A stretch of DNA of 61,495 nucleotides, the filler included, from Hausera hauseri (Eukaryota): NCBI GenBank assembly GCA_046269625.1. It is 12 parts of 12 records of this genome, joined end to end, with 100 filler letters (N's around TTAATTAATTAA, not from the genome) between each part and the next. Parts side by side here need not be neighbours in the genome. Positions count along the whole stretch, not along the records: positions 30,838 to 37,983 come from JBJURY010035890.1; positions 38,084 to 43,707 come from JBJURY010218743.1; positions 43,808 to 48,546 come from JBJURY010454801.1; positions 48,647 to 52,996 come from JBJURY010622664.1; 8 more parts are not named here. One strand, given 5' to 3'. Below, in pieces: positions 33,980-48,779 of this stretch; the stretch's first letter is position 1, and each line of letters begins with the position of its first letter. The notes beneath the pieces are model-generated. The model saw nothing but the letters and a program-made list of their open reading frames with translations, made no database searches and had not been told where the DNA came from. The translations under genes were made by a program, and so were the position numbers.

Positions 33980-36900
33980 ACACATCGACACATGCTGGGG
34001 AAAATCTCTCCACCGATCCACTGACCCCTGCAGCGCAATCTACACTTTAAGCACTGCATTACCACCTCCCCTCCCCCCGTGGCAAAGGAGAAAACCATAG
34101 GGAAGAAAAATAGACGTGAGCGTCATAATAAAAGTACGTGCTGGTACCTATTCAGTTTTGGTATGTGTCAGACGTTGGATTCCATCTATGAACTTCTCCC
34201 TGCTGTAAGTGCTAAACGTCACCCTGCGTAACCTGTTAGATGTTACTGGTGCTTGTAGAATTGTTTGATGGAAAGATGCTGTAGATTTTGTGGTGTTTTG
34301 GCAGAATGCTTCATGAAGAGGTGAGAGTGGAGAAGAAACTGAAGAGTGGGGTGGAGCAAGCGGAAAAGGCGAGATATGGAGGTGGAAGCAAATCGTGCGA
34401 TGGCGGTGAATGAAGTATTGGGTGTGCATGCAATGACTGCAAAGTAAGTGGTGAATGATCAGTAAACGTTGTCGGAAATGAAAAGGACTGATTGTGACTC
34501 GATTGCTGCAACTGCTCAAAATTATCGAGGAAATTAGATAATGGCTCGCGGAAAGAGAAATTAAAGTCAGGATTTGAAACAAGGCTGCTATCCTGGTCAT
34601 CATCAACGAAGAATGCTGGATTAAGATTAGAGATATGTACATTTTGAGGTTTGTCCTTGCGTAAAATAGTAGCAGTGTGCGATCAAAGGTTTAGTAGTTT
34701 GTAAGGGCCAACGTATTGAGGCCGAAAACCAGACGATGAAGGATCCTTCAGCCATACAAACTTAGCTAAGTATGTCCTCTGGAATATAAGACTTATCTTT
34801 ATTTATAAGACGGCAAAATGCGTTTGAGTTTACCTCTACGAAGCGGGACTGTTCTGCACGAATGACTTCATCTGATGGACTTTCATCCAGATTTGAGAGC
34901 TAAAATAGTGCACGAATTGGTGTCCCAAAGAGAGCATTAGCCGGGGCACAACAGGTGGTAGTGGATGGCGTGTTGCGCCAACCAAGTAGAACAAGAGGAA
35001 GAATCGAAATCCAATTACAATTGTTGTTTGACAGGATTTTTAAAGAAATCTTCATGGTTTGGTAAAATCTCTCAAGAAGGCCATTTGCTTGGGGATGGTA
35101 CGGCGTAGTATGAAAGTGAGATATCCCCACATGCTTCACTAGAGATTTAAAGAGATGAGCTTCAAATTGCGGACCCTGGTCCGTTATGATGTGACGTAAT
35201 AAACCAAAATGGCTGACCCATATCTTGATAAATGCATTTGCTACTGAGTCAGTGTTGGTTGATCGAAGCAAAACGGTTTCAGGCCAGCGGGAAGCACGAT
35301 CCATCATGAATGAGACGTATTGATAGCAGTTGTCGGATGGCAAAGGACCAACAAAATCCAAATGCATAGTGGCAAAACGGGACGTACAAGGGAAGTGGTA
35401 AAGTGGTGGTTTTAGATCTTTGTTGACCTTGTGTTGCTGGCATGCTACACATCCCTTGACCCAGATCTGTACATCTGTACGCATAGTTGACCATACAACG
35501 TTGCGTTGCAGTAGGCGAAATGTGGCTTTTGAACCCGGATGATGAAAAGAGTGAAAGTGGTTGAAAGCTGTCTTTTGTAGCGATGGAGCAAAAATGATTT
35601 TTTTATTAGTCGAGTTGGATTTGTCGTAGGCGATGCCATTGATGATCTTAACAGATTTAAAAGTTTGGAAAATGTCAGATGATGGCTGAGTGCTTCTCAG
35701 GACCTCAGAGGAGAAAATTGGCTGAACTGTAATTAAATTAACCGACCGCGAAAGAAAATCCGCTACTACATTTTCGGTGCCTGAAATATATTTCATGGAA
35801 AAGCTAAACGTCGACAGGTATGATATCTGTTGTTCTTGTCTGGGTAATGGCTGTTTCAAAGTCATTTTATGAAGTAGAGGCTTGTGGTCGGTTTGTATGG
35901 TAAATTGACGTGAAAGAAGCAAGTGCTTGAAATGTTTTACTGCTAAAACTACAGCCAAGAGTTCACGGTCAAATGTTGAGTATCGGCTTTCCGGTTGCGT
36001 AAGCTTTCGAGAATAGAACTCTGATAGTTCATCGATGACATTGCATATTTGGTGTAATATAGCACCAGTTGCTGTAGTTGAGGCATCGGTAGTTAATATT
36101 AGTTCAGCGTATGATTTTGGAAAAGCCAAGATTTCCACAGTTCTCAGACCTTCACGAAGGTGATCAAATTGGTTTACTAGATAGGAAGTCCAATGGATTA
36201 ATTGTCTTTTCTTCCCAGATGGGAGGCGTGCGAACGGTGCCGTTAGTTCGGAGAAGTCTGGGATTTATTTGTGTACGAAATGCAATGTCCCTAGAAAACT
36301 CCTCATATGGGTAGTTGTAGTTGGCAACGTTACATTTTCTAATTGTTGTAAGCTATCAGGCTGGGGCGAATGCCCTTCAGGAGTAATAATGTGGCATAGG
36401 AAGTTTACGCGTTTTTGGAAGAAATTGCATTTGTCGAAATTAATTTGCAGGTTACTTTGATGCAATCTGTGGAAAATAATTCTAAGATGCTTATGATGTT
36501 GTTTTATGGAGCTGGAAGCGACTAATGTGTCATCTATGTATGGGTGTGCAAAATTATGTCCAGAAAGAGCGATGTCAATGTGGCGCTGAGGGGTCTGAGA
36601 TGCGCTACGAAGGCCGAAAGGCATGAAAATGTATTCATAAAGACCAAACGGTGTGATGACAGCAGTTTTTGGAATGGCATTAGGTGCAACAGGGATTTTA
36701 TGGTCGGCCTTGTGCAGATTAATAAAAGAATAGGTATTGATGTTGCTGAGGCTATGAAGAATGTCCTTAATGAGTGGTAGTAAATAGGCATCTGTAATAG
36801 TTAGAGTGTTTAATTGTCGATAGTCGCCACATGGCCTATAGGTTCCATCTTTCCTTACCACTACATGAAGAGGAGAGACCCATGGAGAATTCGATCTCCG

Positions 36901-37983
36901 AACGATGCCAGACCTTTCCAGTTCATTAAACTTCTGGGCCACAGCTTAACGTCTGCGTGTCGACAAAGGTTTGACCCTCTGTTTGATAGGCCTCTGATGC
37001 TCCGTTACTATATGATGATAAGTTGAGGGTGAGAGCTTGAAGTTGATATCTCTTTTAACTATTCGAAAGCATGATGTTGTGATATATGATCTAAGATCGG
37101 AGTCTAAAGATAAGAATGATTGAGGCGTATCATTAGAAAGAACAGCTGCAGTGACTGAAGAGAGCAACTGGCATTGCTACTGTCGACACCTACTTTGGAT
37201 TTCTGTTTCAGAATATATATAGGAAGTTATCGGAAGTTTTTTTAATAGATGACGAAACGTTCAACATGTTTCCAGATGAGTGCAATGAATTGCTTACTAG
37301 ATTATCTGCGAGACACATGTCTGAAGTTGAAATCGAGTTTCTGCTGAAAAGACAGCTGTATTTGCAATCTACCAATAAATCATGTCCGGCAAGAAAATCT
37401 AAGCCTATTATGGGAGATTTAATGTTGGTCACGTGGAACTTTCAAACAAACTTATCTGGCAAGTTGGCAAATGTGAAAGTCAGTTCCGTCGTTCCTGCAA
37501 CATGCAACGGTTGACCACTGGCAGTTAAATGCGGTGGACGGGAAATTATAGTGGATGTAGGGGTGAAAGACAACGGAAGGAGTGAAAAGGCAGCTCCTGA
37601 GTCTACAAGGAAGTCGATATGTAAAGTATCACTGCCTAAAAGTGCGGCCTTCAACAGAAAGACTGCAGAGGCGGTGTTGAAACGGCCAGAAAATTGAGCG
37701 ATGTTGCCTGCGCCAGAAAGTGCCGTAACATCTGACGGCATTATGAGTTTTTTGGAGGATTTGGAGGAAAGGAAGAAGAGGAAGAAAAGCTAGGAAATTT
37801 TTTATTGTAATGTCTACAACCAGGCACACATGATCTGGCCTTTAACTGATATTTGTTGTAGTATATACAAATAGGGTTATTTACAGCGTATCGCTCACTA
37901 AAGAATCGACAGCTCAAGAAACATTTCCTTGCTTCCTTTTGAAAACGCGTGTGATAAAAACAAGTCATGCGTCCGCCAGGTGA
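33980..37983 (-). mobile_element. Near-complete CsRn1-type Gypsy gag-pol with PPT (34065-34078) and start of 3' LTR
   Basis: Tandem CxxHx9Cx3C fingers, FLVDSGA, WVSPLHVV, PFGL, YIDD, TDAS, DRELLA, MHLDFVGPLP, YHPQANGLLERF; PPT GGGGGGAGGGGAGG. Confidence 0.93.
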
Positions 37984-38083
37984 NNNNNNNNNNNNNNNNN
38001 NNNNNNNNNNNNNNNNNNNNNNNNNNNTTAATTAATTAANNNNNNNNNNNNNNNNNNNNNNNNNNNNNNNNNNNNNNNNNNNN

Positions 38084-41000
38084 CGTCAGCGGTGGGCACC
38101 ACATCAATCCCCCCCCTGGGCAAAGTGAAAACTATAAAGAAGAAAATAGACGGAAAGAAAAAATCGCTAAGCGAAAAGTGTCTTTGTCAGCTGGTCTTAG
38201 TGTAAACAAGACGTTGGGTGCCTTATACTGATTTTTCCCTGCTATACATGCTAAACATGACTCTGCGTGGTTTGTATGTATGCGATGTGTTTGCTTGCAG
38301 AGGTTGAAGTTGGCGAAAAATTGTCAGATTTTGTAGTGAATGTCGTGTCGTGCAAAAACGAGTCAGAATGACGAGAAAAAGAAGGTGAAGAGGGAGAGAG
38401 ATGGTTGGAGACGGATGGTTTAAAATATACAAGAGAGTGTTAAAAGACGATGGAGTGACAAAAGGTGAAGTAGAGGATGAAGGAGGAGAGACGAAAATTG
38501 AAACAAAAATTGGAATTGTGTTAGACGAAAGAGTAAAAGTAGAAAATGAGACTGAAGGAGTGGTAGATAAAGGGAGAGAGGTAGGAATAAAAGTATAAGG
38601 TGCTGAAAATGATGAAGCAGAACTAGAACCAGAAGAAGGAGGTGAAACTGGTGTAGCAGCAGACAAAGGAACAGCAGGTAGTGTAGAAGTGAGGAAAGAG
38701 GTTGACGCGTCGATTGGTGAAGTGTCGTCGATAAAGAAGGCGGGCTTTAAGTTGGTAATGTGTACCGTAACTTCTTTGCCGTCTTTAGAGATAATAGCAT
38801 TATGTGAATGCAGCTGTATTAGTTTATACGGCATCAGATACCTCGGCTGAAAAGCGCACGGTGTTTGATTTTTTAGCCATACGAAGTTTGCCGAATACAA
38901 GTCTTCGGGTAAATATGTTTTGTTTTTGTGAAGTATTCTGCAGAACGAACCTTTGCTGACCGTAACGAAGTGATTTTGCGCCGCCCGTATCGTTTCATCT
39001 GTAGGAGTGTCGTCTAGGGCAGTTAGTTCGAACAATGATCGTACGGGTGCTCCAAATAGGGCTTCAGTATGTGAGCATCCCGTAGAAGTCGACGGAGTGT
39101 TCCTCCAGCCAAGAAGAACAAACGGAAGAAGATTCATCCAACTAGTGTTGGACTCTTCAAGGATTCTTAGTGACGTTTTCAAGGTTCGGTGGAAGCGTTC
39201 TAAAAGGCCATTCGATTGGGGATGGTAAGGTGTAGTACGTATTTGATGGATCCCCAATCGGCTAACAAGGGATTTGAACAGGTTGGATTCAAACTGTGGA
39301 CCCTGGTCCGTGATGATAAAGTGAGGTGATCCAAACCTAGTAATACATGTGTGAATAAAAACGTCAGCTATAGTATCGGTGTTCGTGCTCCGCAGAAGAA
39401 TGGCTTCTGGTCATCGCGAGGAACGGTCCATCATGGTGAGGATGAATTGATGATCGTTATCTGGAGGAAGACGGCCAACGATGTCGATATTCAGGAACTT
39501 GAAATGCGATGTTCAGGGAAAGTGGCACAGTGGTGGCTTTAAATGCTTAGTTCTTTTGTATTTTTGGCAAGCCACACATTCCTTAACCCATGCCTGCACA
39601 TCAGAACGCATTGACGGCCATACTACTTTTCGATGGAGTAAACGAAAAGTGGCTTTAGCACCAGGGTAGTGCAGCGAATGTACGCTAGTAAATGCTTGCC
39701 TTTGCAATGATGGTGCGAGAATTATTATGGAATGACCTGGTTTGGAAGTGTCTAAAGCCACGCCGTCAACAATTGTGCAAGACTTGAAAGAATTAAGCAT
39801 GTATTGAGGTGGATGGTTCTGTTGAAGTTGAGCTTGTGTAAAAATCGGTGAAAAATTAATCGAACTAACCGACCTAGATAAAAAGTCGGCAACAAAATTA
39901 TTAACCCCGTTAATATGTTTCATGTCGAAGTTAAATGTCGACAAGTATGATATCTTTCGTTCTTGTCGCGTAGAAGGATGTTTCATAGTCATGACGTTAA
40001 GTAAGGGCTTGTGGTCGGTTTGTATAGTAAAATGGCGAGTGACAAGTAGGTGGGAGAAATGATTTAAAGCAAGAACGACGGCCAATAATTCTCGATCGAA
40101 CGTTGAGTATCTAGTTTCATGGGATGTTAGCATACGAGAGAAAAATTCTAGAGGTTGATTTTCTTCTTTGTGGATTTAGTGGAGTACAGCACCTACTGCA
40201 GTGGTTGAAGCATCAGGCTTGGGGAAAGCGAAAATGTCGACGGTCTTAATTCATTTGCGTAGCTTATCAAACTTATCAACCAATTCAGGTGTCCACTGGA
40301 TTGGCCAATGTTTTTTGACGCCACTTAAGTGTGCAAATGGTGCTGTCAATTCAGAGCAATGTGGTACATATTTATGTATAAAGTGTAGTATACCGAGGAG
40401 GCTGCACATTTCAGTGGTCGTACGTGGTAACTGAATATTCTTAAGTGTTTCAACTCGGTCTGGTAGAGGAAAGTGGCCGTCTGGTGAAATAACCTGGCCT
40501 AAAAAGTTGATGCGTTTTTTGAAGAAATGGCATTTGTCGTAATTGAATTGGAGATTATGGTAATTAAGGCGTTGGAATATTGCGCGAAAGTGTTCCTCGT
40601 GTTGTTTGCCTGAAGAAGAAACGACCAGAATATCATCAGTGTAGGGGTGCGCAAACGGAAAATCTGAGAGAATTGAGTCGATATATCGCTAAAAAGTCTG
40701 TGCGGCATTTCGCAAACCGAATGGCATAAACAGGTACTCGTAAAGGCCAAAAGGAGTAGTGACATCAGTTTTTTCTATGTATTCGGGTGCCACTGGTATT
40801 TGGTGGTATGCTTTGGCTAAATCGGTGGTCGAATAAATGGTAGTTGAATTAAGGCGATGCAAGATATCCTTTATGAGTGGTAATGGGTAAGCATCCATGA
40901 TAGTCAAATTGTTTAACTGTCGGTAATCACTGCATGGTCTAAAAGTTCCGTCCTTTTTTGTACAACACGTAAAGGTAAAGATTAAGGAAATTTGGAACGG

Positions 41001-42205
41001 CGTACCATGACGGAGCGTTCTAGTTTGAGGAATTCGGCTTCTACGGCCTGCATACGACGAGTGGTCGTACCTTCTGCCGTATTGGTCGTTGATGCTGTAT
41101 AATTATGTGATGCACAGTGCTGTTTGCAGGAGTAAACGTGCGATGTTTTTTGAGTACTCGTGGACATGATGTGTTGACAAATGCTGTAAAGTTGTAGGCA
41201 GCTGTGAGAGATTTGGTGATGATGGTGAAGCGGCTTGAGTAGTAGCGGATGCAATTTGTGAACTGTTTGATGATGTGCAGTCAAGTAGTATTTAGTGTAA
41301 GATGGTCAAATTGAAAGTAATATTTGATGAAGTGATTTCGTCTAGTGAATTAAGGTTGTTGACAGTACCACAGTTGGTGACATTGAACCTCGACTGGATT
41401 TCAATACTATTACTTAAAAATTTACGGAGTGAAATATTACGAAAATTCAAAGTAGTTTTTGGTTTTCTCAAAATTGATCGCCGCATTTCAATCGACTACA
41501 TGGTTGTCGAAATGCTATTGATATGCTCAGTAATGCTGCCAGTGATGCCACTCCTCAGACATTGTTGACTGCAGTCAACCAATAAATTATAATGTGATAG
41601 AAAATTGGACTCTAGAATTGCCGTCTGGACATTAGCAACTGTGAACGTCCAATGGAAAGGTAAAGGAAATTTGGTAAAATAAAAGATAGCTTAGCCATGC
41701 CAGAAATGTGCAGCGGTTGACCTGAATCGGTGTATAAGGGTTTAATTCTGAATGATGAATTTTGTACAGGATAGGTTTGTGGTAATAAAGAAATCGCTGC
41801 ACCTTTATCAATAAGGAAATAAACAAATTGCGTTGTATGAGTGGTGATTGCAGCCTTTAGAGTAAAGACAGCAAAAGAGGCGTGTCGGCATTTACAAAGT
41901 GAAGTAGTGCATTTGACAGAGTTTGCCTTGATAAATTTAGTTTTTTTTGAAAAGGTGAACTAAGACGACTATTAGAAAAAAAGGTAATACGTCCATCTTT
42001 CGTATCTGGTTTGAAAGTGCAGCCTGGAATGCATTTACGAGCTTCGTTTTTAAACCTTGCATGGTAGATGCAAACAACGGTGTCTGAAAAAAACTTTTAT
42101 TATAAAATTTGCAACCTAGGCAGCATTTCTTGGCATTCTTGTTGAATCTGCTATGGTAGTAGCAGATAGATGACCGCGTAGGCGATGGTGACCATGTCGA
42201 TTCCA
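38084..42205 (-). mobile_element. CsRn1-type Gypsy (gag 5'-deleted) through PPT and start of cap B
   Basis: CYYHSRF, PFGLRNAAQTF, STFDRELLA, YHPQSNGLLERFHRTLK; minus-strand poly-G then TGTGGTGCCCAC at the contig edge. Confidence 0.92.
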
Positions 42206-42799
42206 TATTATAAAATTACGCAGTTCCACCTTAGCTTTATTAGAATAGTGAAATATAAAATTCATAACCGGTGTTTTTTGGTGCCTATGCTTCACTTCGA
42301 CAATCAAAAGCTTCGGTACCGTAAACTTCGCCCAATCCAATAGTAAGCAAAAGTCGTAAACGGAAATTTAATCCGGTTAATCCAGCATTTTGATTTCACA
42401 GACTGTATTTACAAAATGGCCAACAATATATTTAATTAAAATTCTCTTTTGAAATTATCACTCAAAAGTCTTTTAGTTAATTCAAACAAAAGGAGCGTGA
42501 ATTGCTCACTCTGCAATGCCGGCACTTATAACAAACATGATGGCTAACTTTAACGATACGTTTTTACAAAAATATACTCGGATAAACATTTTTGTTTCAA
42601 CAAACACGTCGGTATTTCTTCCGTTTTCGGTTTGTCTATCATTGTCGTAACGAACGTTTTTTGTACCGGGTTTGAGAAATTGCTGTCGATTCGATTTATT
42701 GCACAATTCGATGTCCTAATGCATTAAAGTACTTAAACCATCGGTTGATTTGCGTTTTTTGTTGTCGATGGTTCAATACCGGTTTGAGTTTAAAATTTT

Positions 42800-43178
42800 T
42801 CATAACAATTCGTAATATTGTGATCCCTCATTAGTTGCCAATAAACTGTCGTAAGGTAGAATAATTTTCTCATAATTAATCCGCAGTGCATAAACGTTAT
42901 TGCTACTCTTATAGCCCAATTTCATACCAATTTTCGGCCAGAGTTTGTTACCGGTCACATAATCATAGCCGGCATTTTTACGAACTAATTTGTGTAATTT
43001 GTGCGGATCTAAATGTCGTCCGTTGATATTTGGTACTTTCAATTTGTCGCATCCTTGCAATCGCATAAACAGGGATAATTTCGTCAGAAAATTCAATTTA
43101 TATTCGTGATTGGGCTTTCATTTCACAAAGTCTTTGTACTCTCGGTGTAAACTGAAGTGTGTTGACATTTGGAGAAAA
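42800..43178 (-). pseudogene. KDM5: KDM5/Lid histone demethylase fragment (JmjN-ARID linker + ARID)
   Basis: FSPNVNTLQFTPRVQRLCEMKAQSRI/LNFLTKL...LQG..LKVP...LD..KL...W.KI..KLGY...LRINYEKIILPYD (KDM5: [22 protein letters not shown]...YERIL.PY). Confidence 0.85.
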
Positions 43179-43388
43179 TGTCGGTTTAAGCAAGGAGCAA
43201 AATCACTGGCTGAGTGGCAGCGAGACGGGCTAAGGACTGACCAAAGAGGACCACGACGGGGAGCATTCCCCTCTACCGGTACTGGGTGACAGATAAATCT
43301 CCAGGATTGTGGTGACATCTACAGCCGCGGCACCACAGATAACAAGTACGCAAAGAACAGCACTGGTAAAGAAACTCTGCCACCGTCC

Positions 43389-43707
43389 GATGAAGATTCA
43401 AAACTTGGATTTGTTGTGAAATCAGTTTGGACAGTGGCACTGGGATTGAGTAATTTTTACAAAAAATAATGCAAAGGTCATTCAAATTTCAAAACCCGTG
43501 CCGAACAAAATCTCTATTACGTAAACGGTACCACATTGCTCGAGGAAATAAAGAAAATCAGTTTTACCGCATACGACAGTTACGTACTAAACTTTAATAA
43601 AAATGGAGATCCGTCTGGCAGACATGGCATCATAAACTACCAACGAACCTACCACAAAATAAAATTTAAATTTGTATACGGTTATCAGAAAATTGGTCAT
43701 TGGAAAA
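43389..43707 (+). pseudogene. Metabotropic glutamate receptor (class C GPCR) ligand-binding domain fragment
   Basis: EDSKLGFVVKSVWTVALGLSN...VNGTTLL...SFT...FNKNGDPSGRHGIINYQ...YQKIGHW (mGluR: DSKMGFVI.A...A.GLHN...FDENGD.PGRY.I.N...VG.W). One stop. Confidence 0.8.
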
Positions 43708-43807
43708 NNNNNNNNNNNNNNNNNNNNNNNNNNNNNNNNNNNNNNNNNNNNTTAATTAATTAANNNNNNNNNNNNNNNNNNNNNNNNNNNNNNNNNNNNN
43801 NNNNNNN

Positions 43808-44690
<883 letters not shown>

Positions 44691-44828
44691 ACGCAAACGG
44701 GAAGAAGAGAATTTTCCATAAACACTAAAAAATTCAACGACAAATTCTGCACATATTACAAAAACAAAACTCGTCCTATCAGATCCGAAAATGACCGATG
44801 GATAAACATTACATGCAAAAACCTCGAC

Positions 44829-44926
44829 TATCCCGAAATTTGCGACCCGTCGCGGCGAGGCTGAAGCCCCGGCCGCCATCCTACACCATTGGGTCAGGCG
44901 GCACCGCTCACTGACGCCCCACGACA
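44829..44926 (+). repeat. Right LTR cap A (ends ...ACGACA)
   Basis: TATCCCGAAATTTGCGACCCG...GCGAGGCTGA...CCCGGCCGCC...TGGGTCAG...CCCC..ACA, homologous to 26577-26675. Confidence 0.8.
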
Positions 44927-47900
44927 CGCCCTTGGCTACACGACCTCTCTATACTTCCTTTTCTTTTTTTAAAATAATAAACACATTTGCAAAAATGCAT
45001 TAACACACCTAAACACTGCGATTATCTACAACATCATCTCTACTTTTCTTCGCTCACCTGACTTTTACCTCACACACCACAGCTCCACAGTACCTCTCGT
45101 TGGGACTCTGCAACCTTCTTCAACTTATATTTACCTCCACATACACTTCCGCATCCGTGATGGCATGAATTCATTGCCCACAATAGACACCACGGATAAA
45201 ACCACCACGAAACCAAAATCTGTCATACTACTTCAAAAACTCACTCCTGCTTCCACCAATAAAACTTTATCTACTGCCTCTTCCGCTCCTTTCCCTAATT
45301 GCACCGAATTATTCATTGACAACCAAGGCTCCAGCAAAACTTGGTTGCAATTCCATCAACTGTGGCTACAGTCAAACAATATTATCGATTCCTTAACCAA
45401 GGCACACAATCTCCTCTCCTTACTCCCTAACAATATCAAAACACGAATTCACAACATCCTTGAAATATTTGAACTTCCTGACACATACTCTTAGTTCTCC
45501 AACGCTGTTCTTAAAATCACAGAACCCTCAATGGACACCGTCATACAAAGCTTCTTCCACGATAATGCTATAGGCACACAACGACCATCAGAATTTCTAC
45601 GCACATCTTTGGCACATCTGCACACTCTTGGCGTCACTAAAGAACACAATCCAGAACTACTGTGTCACTACTTCCTCAACGCGTTACCCATCCAAATCCG
45701 GGCCCTACTTACCGTGGTGGACGACTCCACGGCTCTTGAAAAATCGGCCGAATTAGCCGGTAAAACACATGATGTTCTACACTTACATTCCCCACCAGTC
45801 GTTTTGGCGGCNNNNNNNNNNATTTAAAACAATAACACATCAATAGAACAACAACTAAATCAACTACGTGGTGAAAATACCGCACTGCACGCAACCATCA
45901 ACAATATAAACAACAAATTGAACGAGCTTTCCCTGTCCCGGCGAAGGGATTTTGTTTCTGACCGCGCCAATTCTGCATCTATAAACCGGTCGCCATCGCC
46001 TGCACGGTCGTCAATCTGCTATTATCATTGCAGATTCAATAAGAATGCCACGAAATGCTGCATAGGGTGCAAATTTTACAACAAAAGCTTTCTTCAAACA
46101 CCGTTGTTTGCATTTACAACGCAAAGTTTAAAAATCAAGCCCATAAATGCATTCCAGGCTGCACTTTCAAACCAGACACGAACGACGAATGTACTACCTT
46201 TTCTTCTAATAGTCGTCCTAGTTCACCTTTTCGAAACAACTAAATTTGCCGCCAGAAGTCACGGAAAACTCTGGCAAAGGCACTACTTCACTTTCTGAAT
46301 GCCGACACGCCTCCTTTGCTGTCATTACTCTAAAGGCTGCAATCACCGCTCCTACAATGCAATCCGTTGATTTTCTAATTGATACAGGTGCAGCAATTTT
46401 CTTATTACCAATCTTTTCCTGTACAGTACTCACCGTTCAGAATTAAGCCTTTATATACCGCCTCAGGTCAACCGCTGCACATTTCTGGCACGGCTAAATT
46501 ATCTTTCATTTTACCAAAATTTCCTTCACTTTTCCACTGGACGTTCACAGTTACTAACGTCCAGGCGACAATTCTAGAGTCCAATTTCCTATCACATTAT
46601 AATTTATTGGTTGACTGCAGTCAACGATGTCTGAGGAACGGCATCACTGGCAGCATTTCTGAGCATGACAATAGCATTTCGACTACAGTACAGTCGATCG
46701 GGACACGCAAGTCAATTTGGGGGAAATCAATAAATAATTCGAATTTCTATAACAATAATTTAATTTGTAAATTTTTAAATAATAATATTGATATTCGATC
46801 GAGGTTCAATGTCAATAATTGTGGTACTGCCACCAATGTTCATTCACTTGACGAAATCACTTCATCTAACACCATTTTCAATTTGAACATATTACACCAA
46901 ATACCACTTGACTATACATCACAAAACAATTCACAAGTCGCATCCGGTACTACTCAAGCTGCTTCACCATCATCACCGAATTTATTACATTTGCCTACAA
47001 CTTTACAGCAATTCGATACCACATTATGTCTACGCGTACTTCTAAAATATCGTTTGTTTACCCCTACAAACAATACTGTACATCACATAATTACACAGCA
47101 TCAACAACCAATACGTCAAAAGGTACGACCTCTGTCACCTCGTCGTAGACAGGCTGTAGAAGCCGAATTTCTTGAACTAGAGCGCTCCGGAATTGTACTC
47201 CGTTCCAAATCTCCTTGGTTGTCACCTTTACACGTCGTACAAAAAAGGACAGTACTTTTAGACCATGCGGTGACTACCGGCAGTTGAAAAACTTGACCAT
47301 CATGGATGTCTACCCTTTACCACTCATTAAGGAATACTTGCATCGCCTTAATTCAACTGCCATTTATTCGACCGTCGATTTGGCCAAAGCATACCACCAA
47401 ATACCGGTGGCACCCGAAGACATAGAAAAAATCGCTGTCACTACTCCTTTTGGCCTCTACGAGTACCTATTTATGCCATTCGGTTTGTAAAATACCTCCC
47501 AGACTTTCCAGTGACATATCGACTCAATTCTCTCAGATTTTCCGTTTGCACACCCTTACATTGATGATATTCTGATCGTTTCGTCTTCGGCCAAACAACA
47601 CGAGGAACACCTTCGCGCAATATTCCAACGCTTTAACCACCATAATCTCCAAGTCAATTTTGACAAGTGCGATTTCTTCAAAAAGCACATCAACTTTTTA
47701 GGCCACGATATTTTACCAGACGGTCACTCTCCTCAACCAGACCGAGTTGAAGCACTTAAAAATATTCAATTGCCACGTACGACCACCGAAATACGCAGCT
47801 TCCTCGGTACACTACACTTTGTACATAAATATTTACCATACTGTTCCAAATTGACAGCACCATTTGCGCACTTAAGCGATGGCAAAAAATCAGTCAATCC

Positions 47901-48546
47901 AGTGGACACCTGAATTGGTATACAAATTTGATAAGCTACGCCAAGGAATTAAGACCGTCGACATTCTCGCTTTCCCCAAGCCTGACGAAGAACTCATCCT
48001 TACTACAGACTCTTTAACCACTGCGGTAGGTGCTGTACTCCACCATATCTACAAAGGAGAAAATGAACCGCTAGAATTTTTCTCTCGCAAGCTAACGTCA
48101 CCTGAAACCAGATATTCAACGTTCGATCAAGAGTTATTGGCCATCGTTCTTGCTTTAAAGCATTTCTCCCACCTACTTGTCGTTTGCCATTTTACTATAG
48201 AAATCGATCACAAACACTTACTAACATCATGTCTATGAAACATCCTTCCTCACGCCAAGAACGACAGATATCATACTTGTCGGCATTTAACTTCGACATA
48301 AAACATATTAATGGGGTTAATAATTTGGTTGCCGACTTTTTATCTATGTCGGTTATTTCGATTAATTTTTCACCGATTTTTACGCAAGCTCAACTTCAAC
48401 AGAACCAAGCACCTCAGGACATGCTTAATTCTCTCAAGACTTGCACAATTGTTGACGGTGTGGTTTTTGACACTTTCAAACCAGATCATTCCGTAATAAT
48501 TCTCGCACCATCATTGTAAAGGCAATCATTAAATAGCGTACATTCG
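44927..48546 (+). mobile_element. CsRn1-type Gypsy gag-PR-RT-RNaseH, decayed
   Basis: RPSEFLR, CYYHCRF, FLIDTGA, RPCGDYR, PFGL, YIDD, STFDQELLA. Confidence 0.93.
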
Positions 48547-48779
48547 NNNNNNNNNNNNNNNNNNNNNNNNNNNNNNNNNNNNNNNNNNNNTTAATTAATT
48601 AANNNNNNNNNNNNNNNNNNNNNNNNNNNNNNNNNNNNNNNNNNNNTAGCTCGAAATGTCTGAAACACATCGGCTAACACGTACACATCCAATTTCAAAT
48701 AGTGAAGCATTTACTCCAACAGGTTTCTGCAGACTAGCTCTATCCAAGGCGATTGCTCTCTGTGATATTCATCTCCTGT

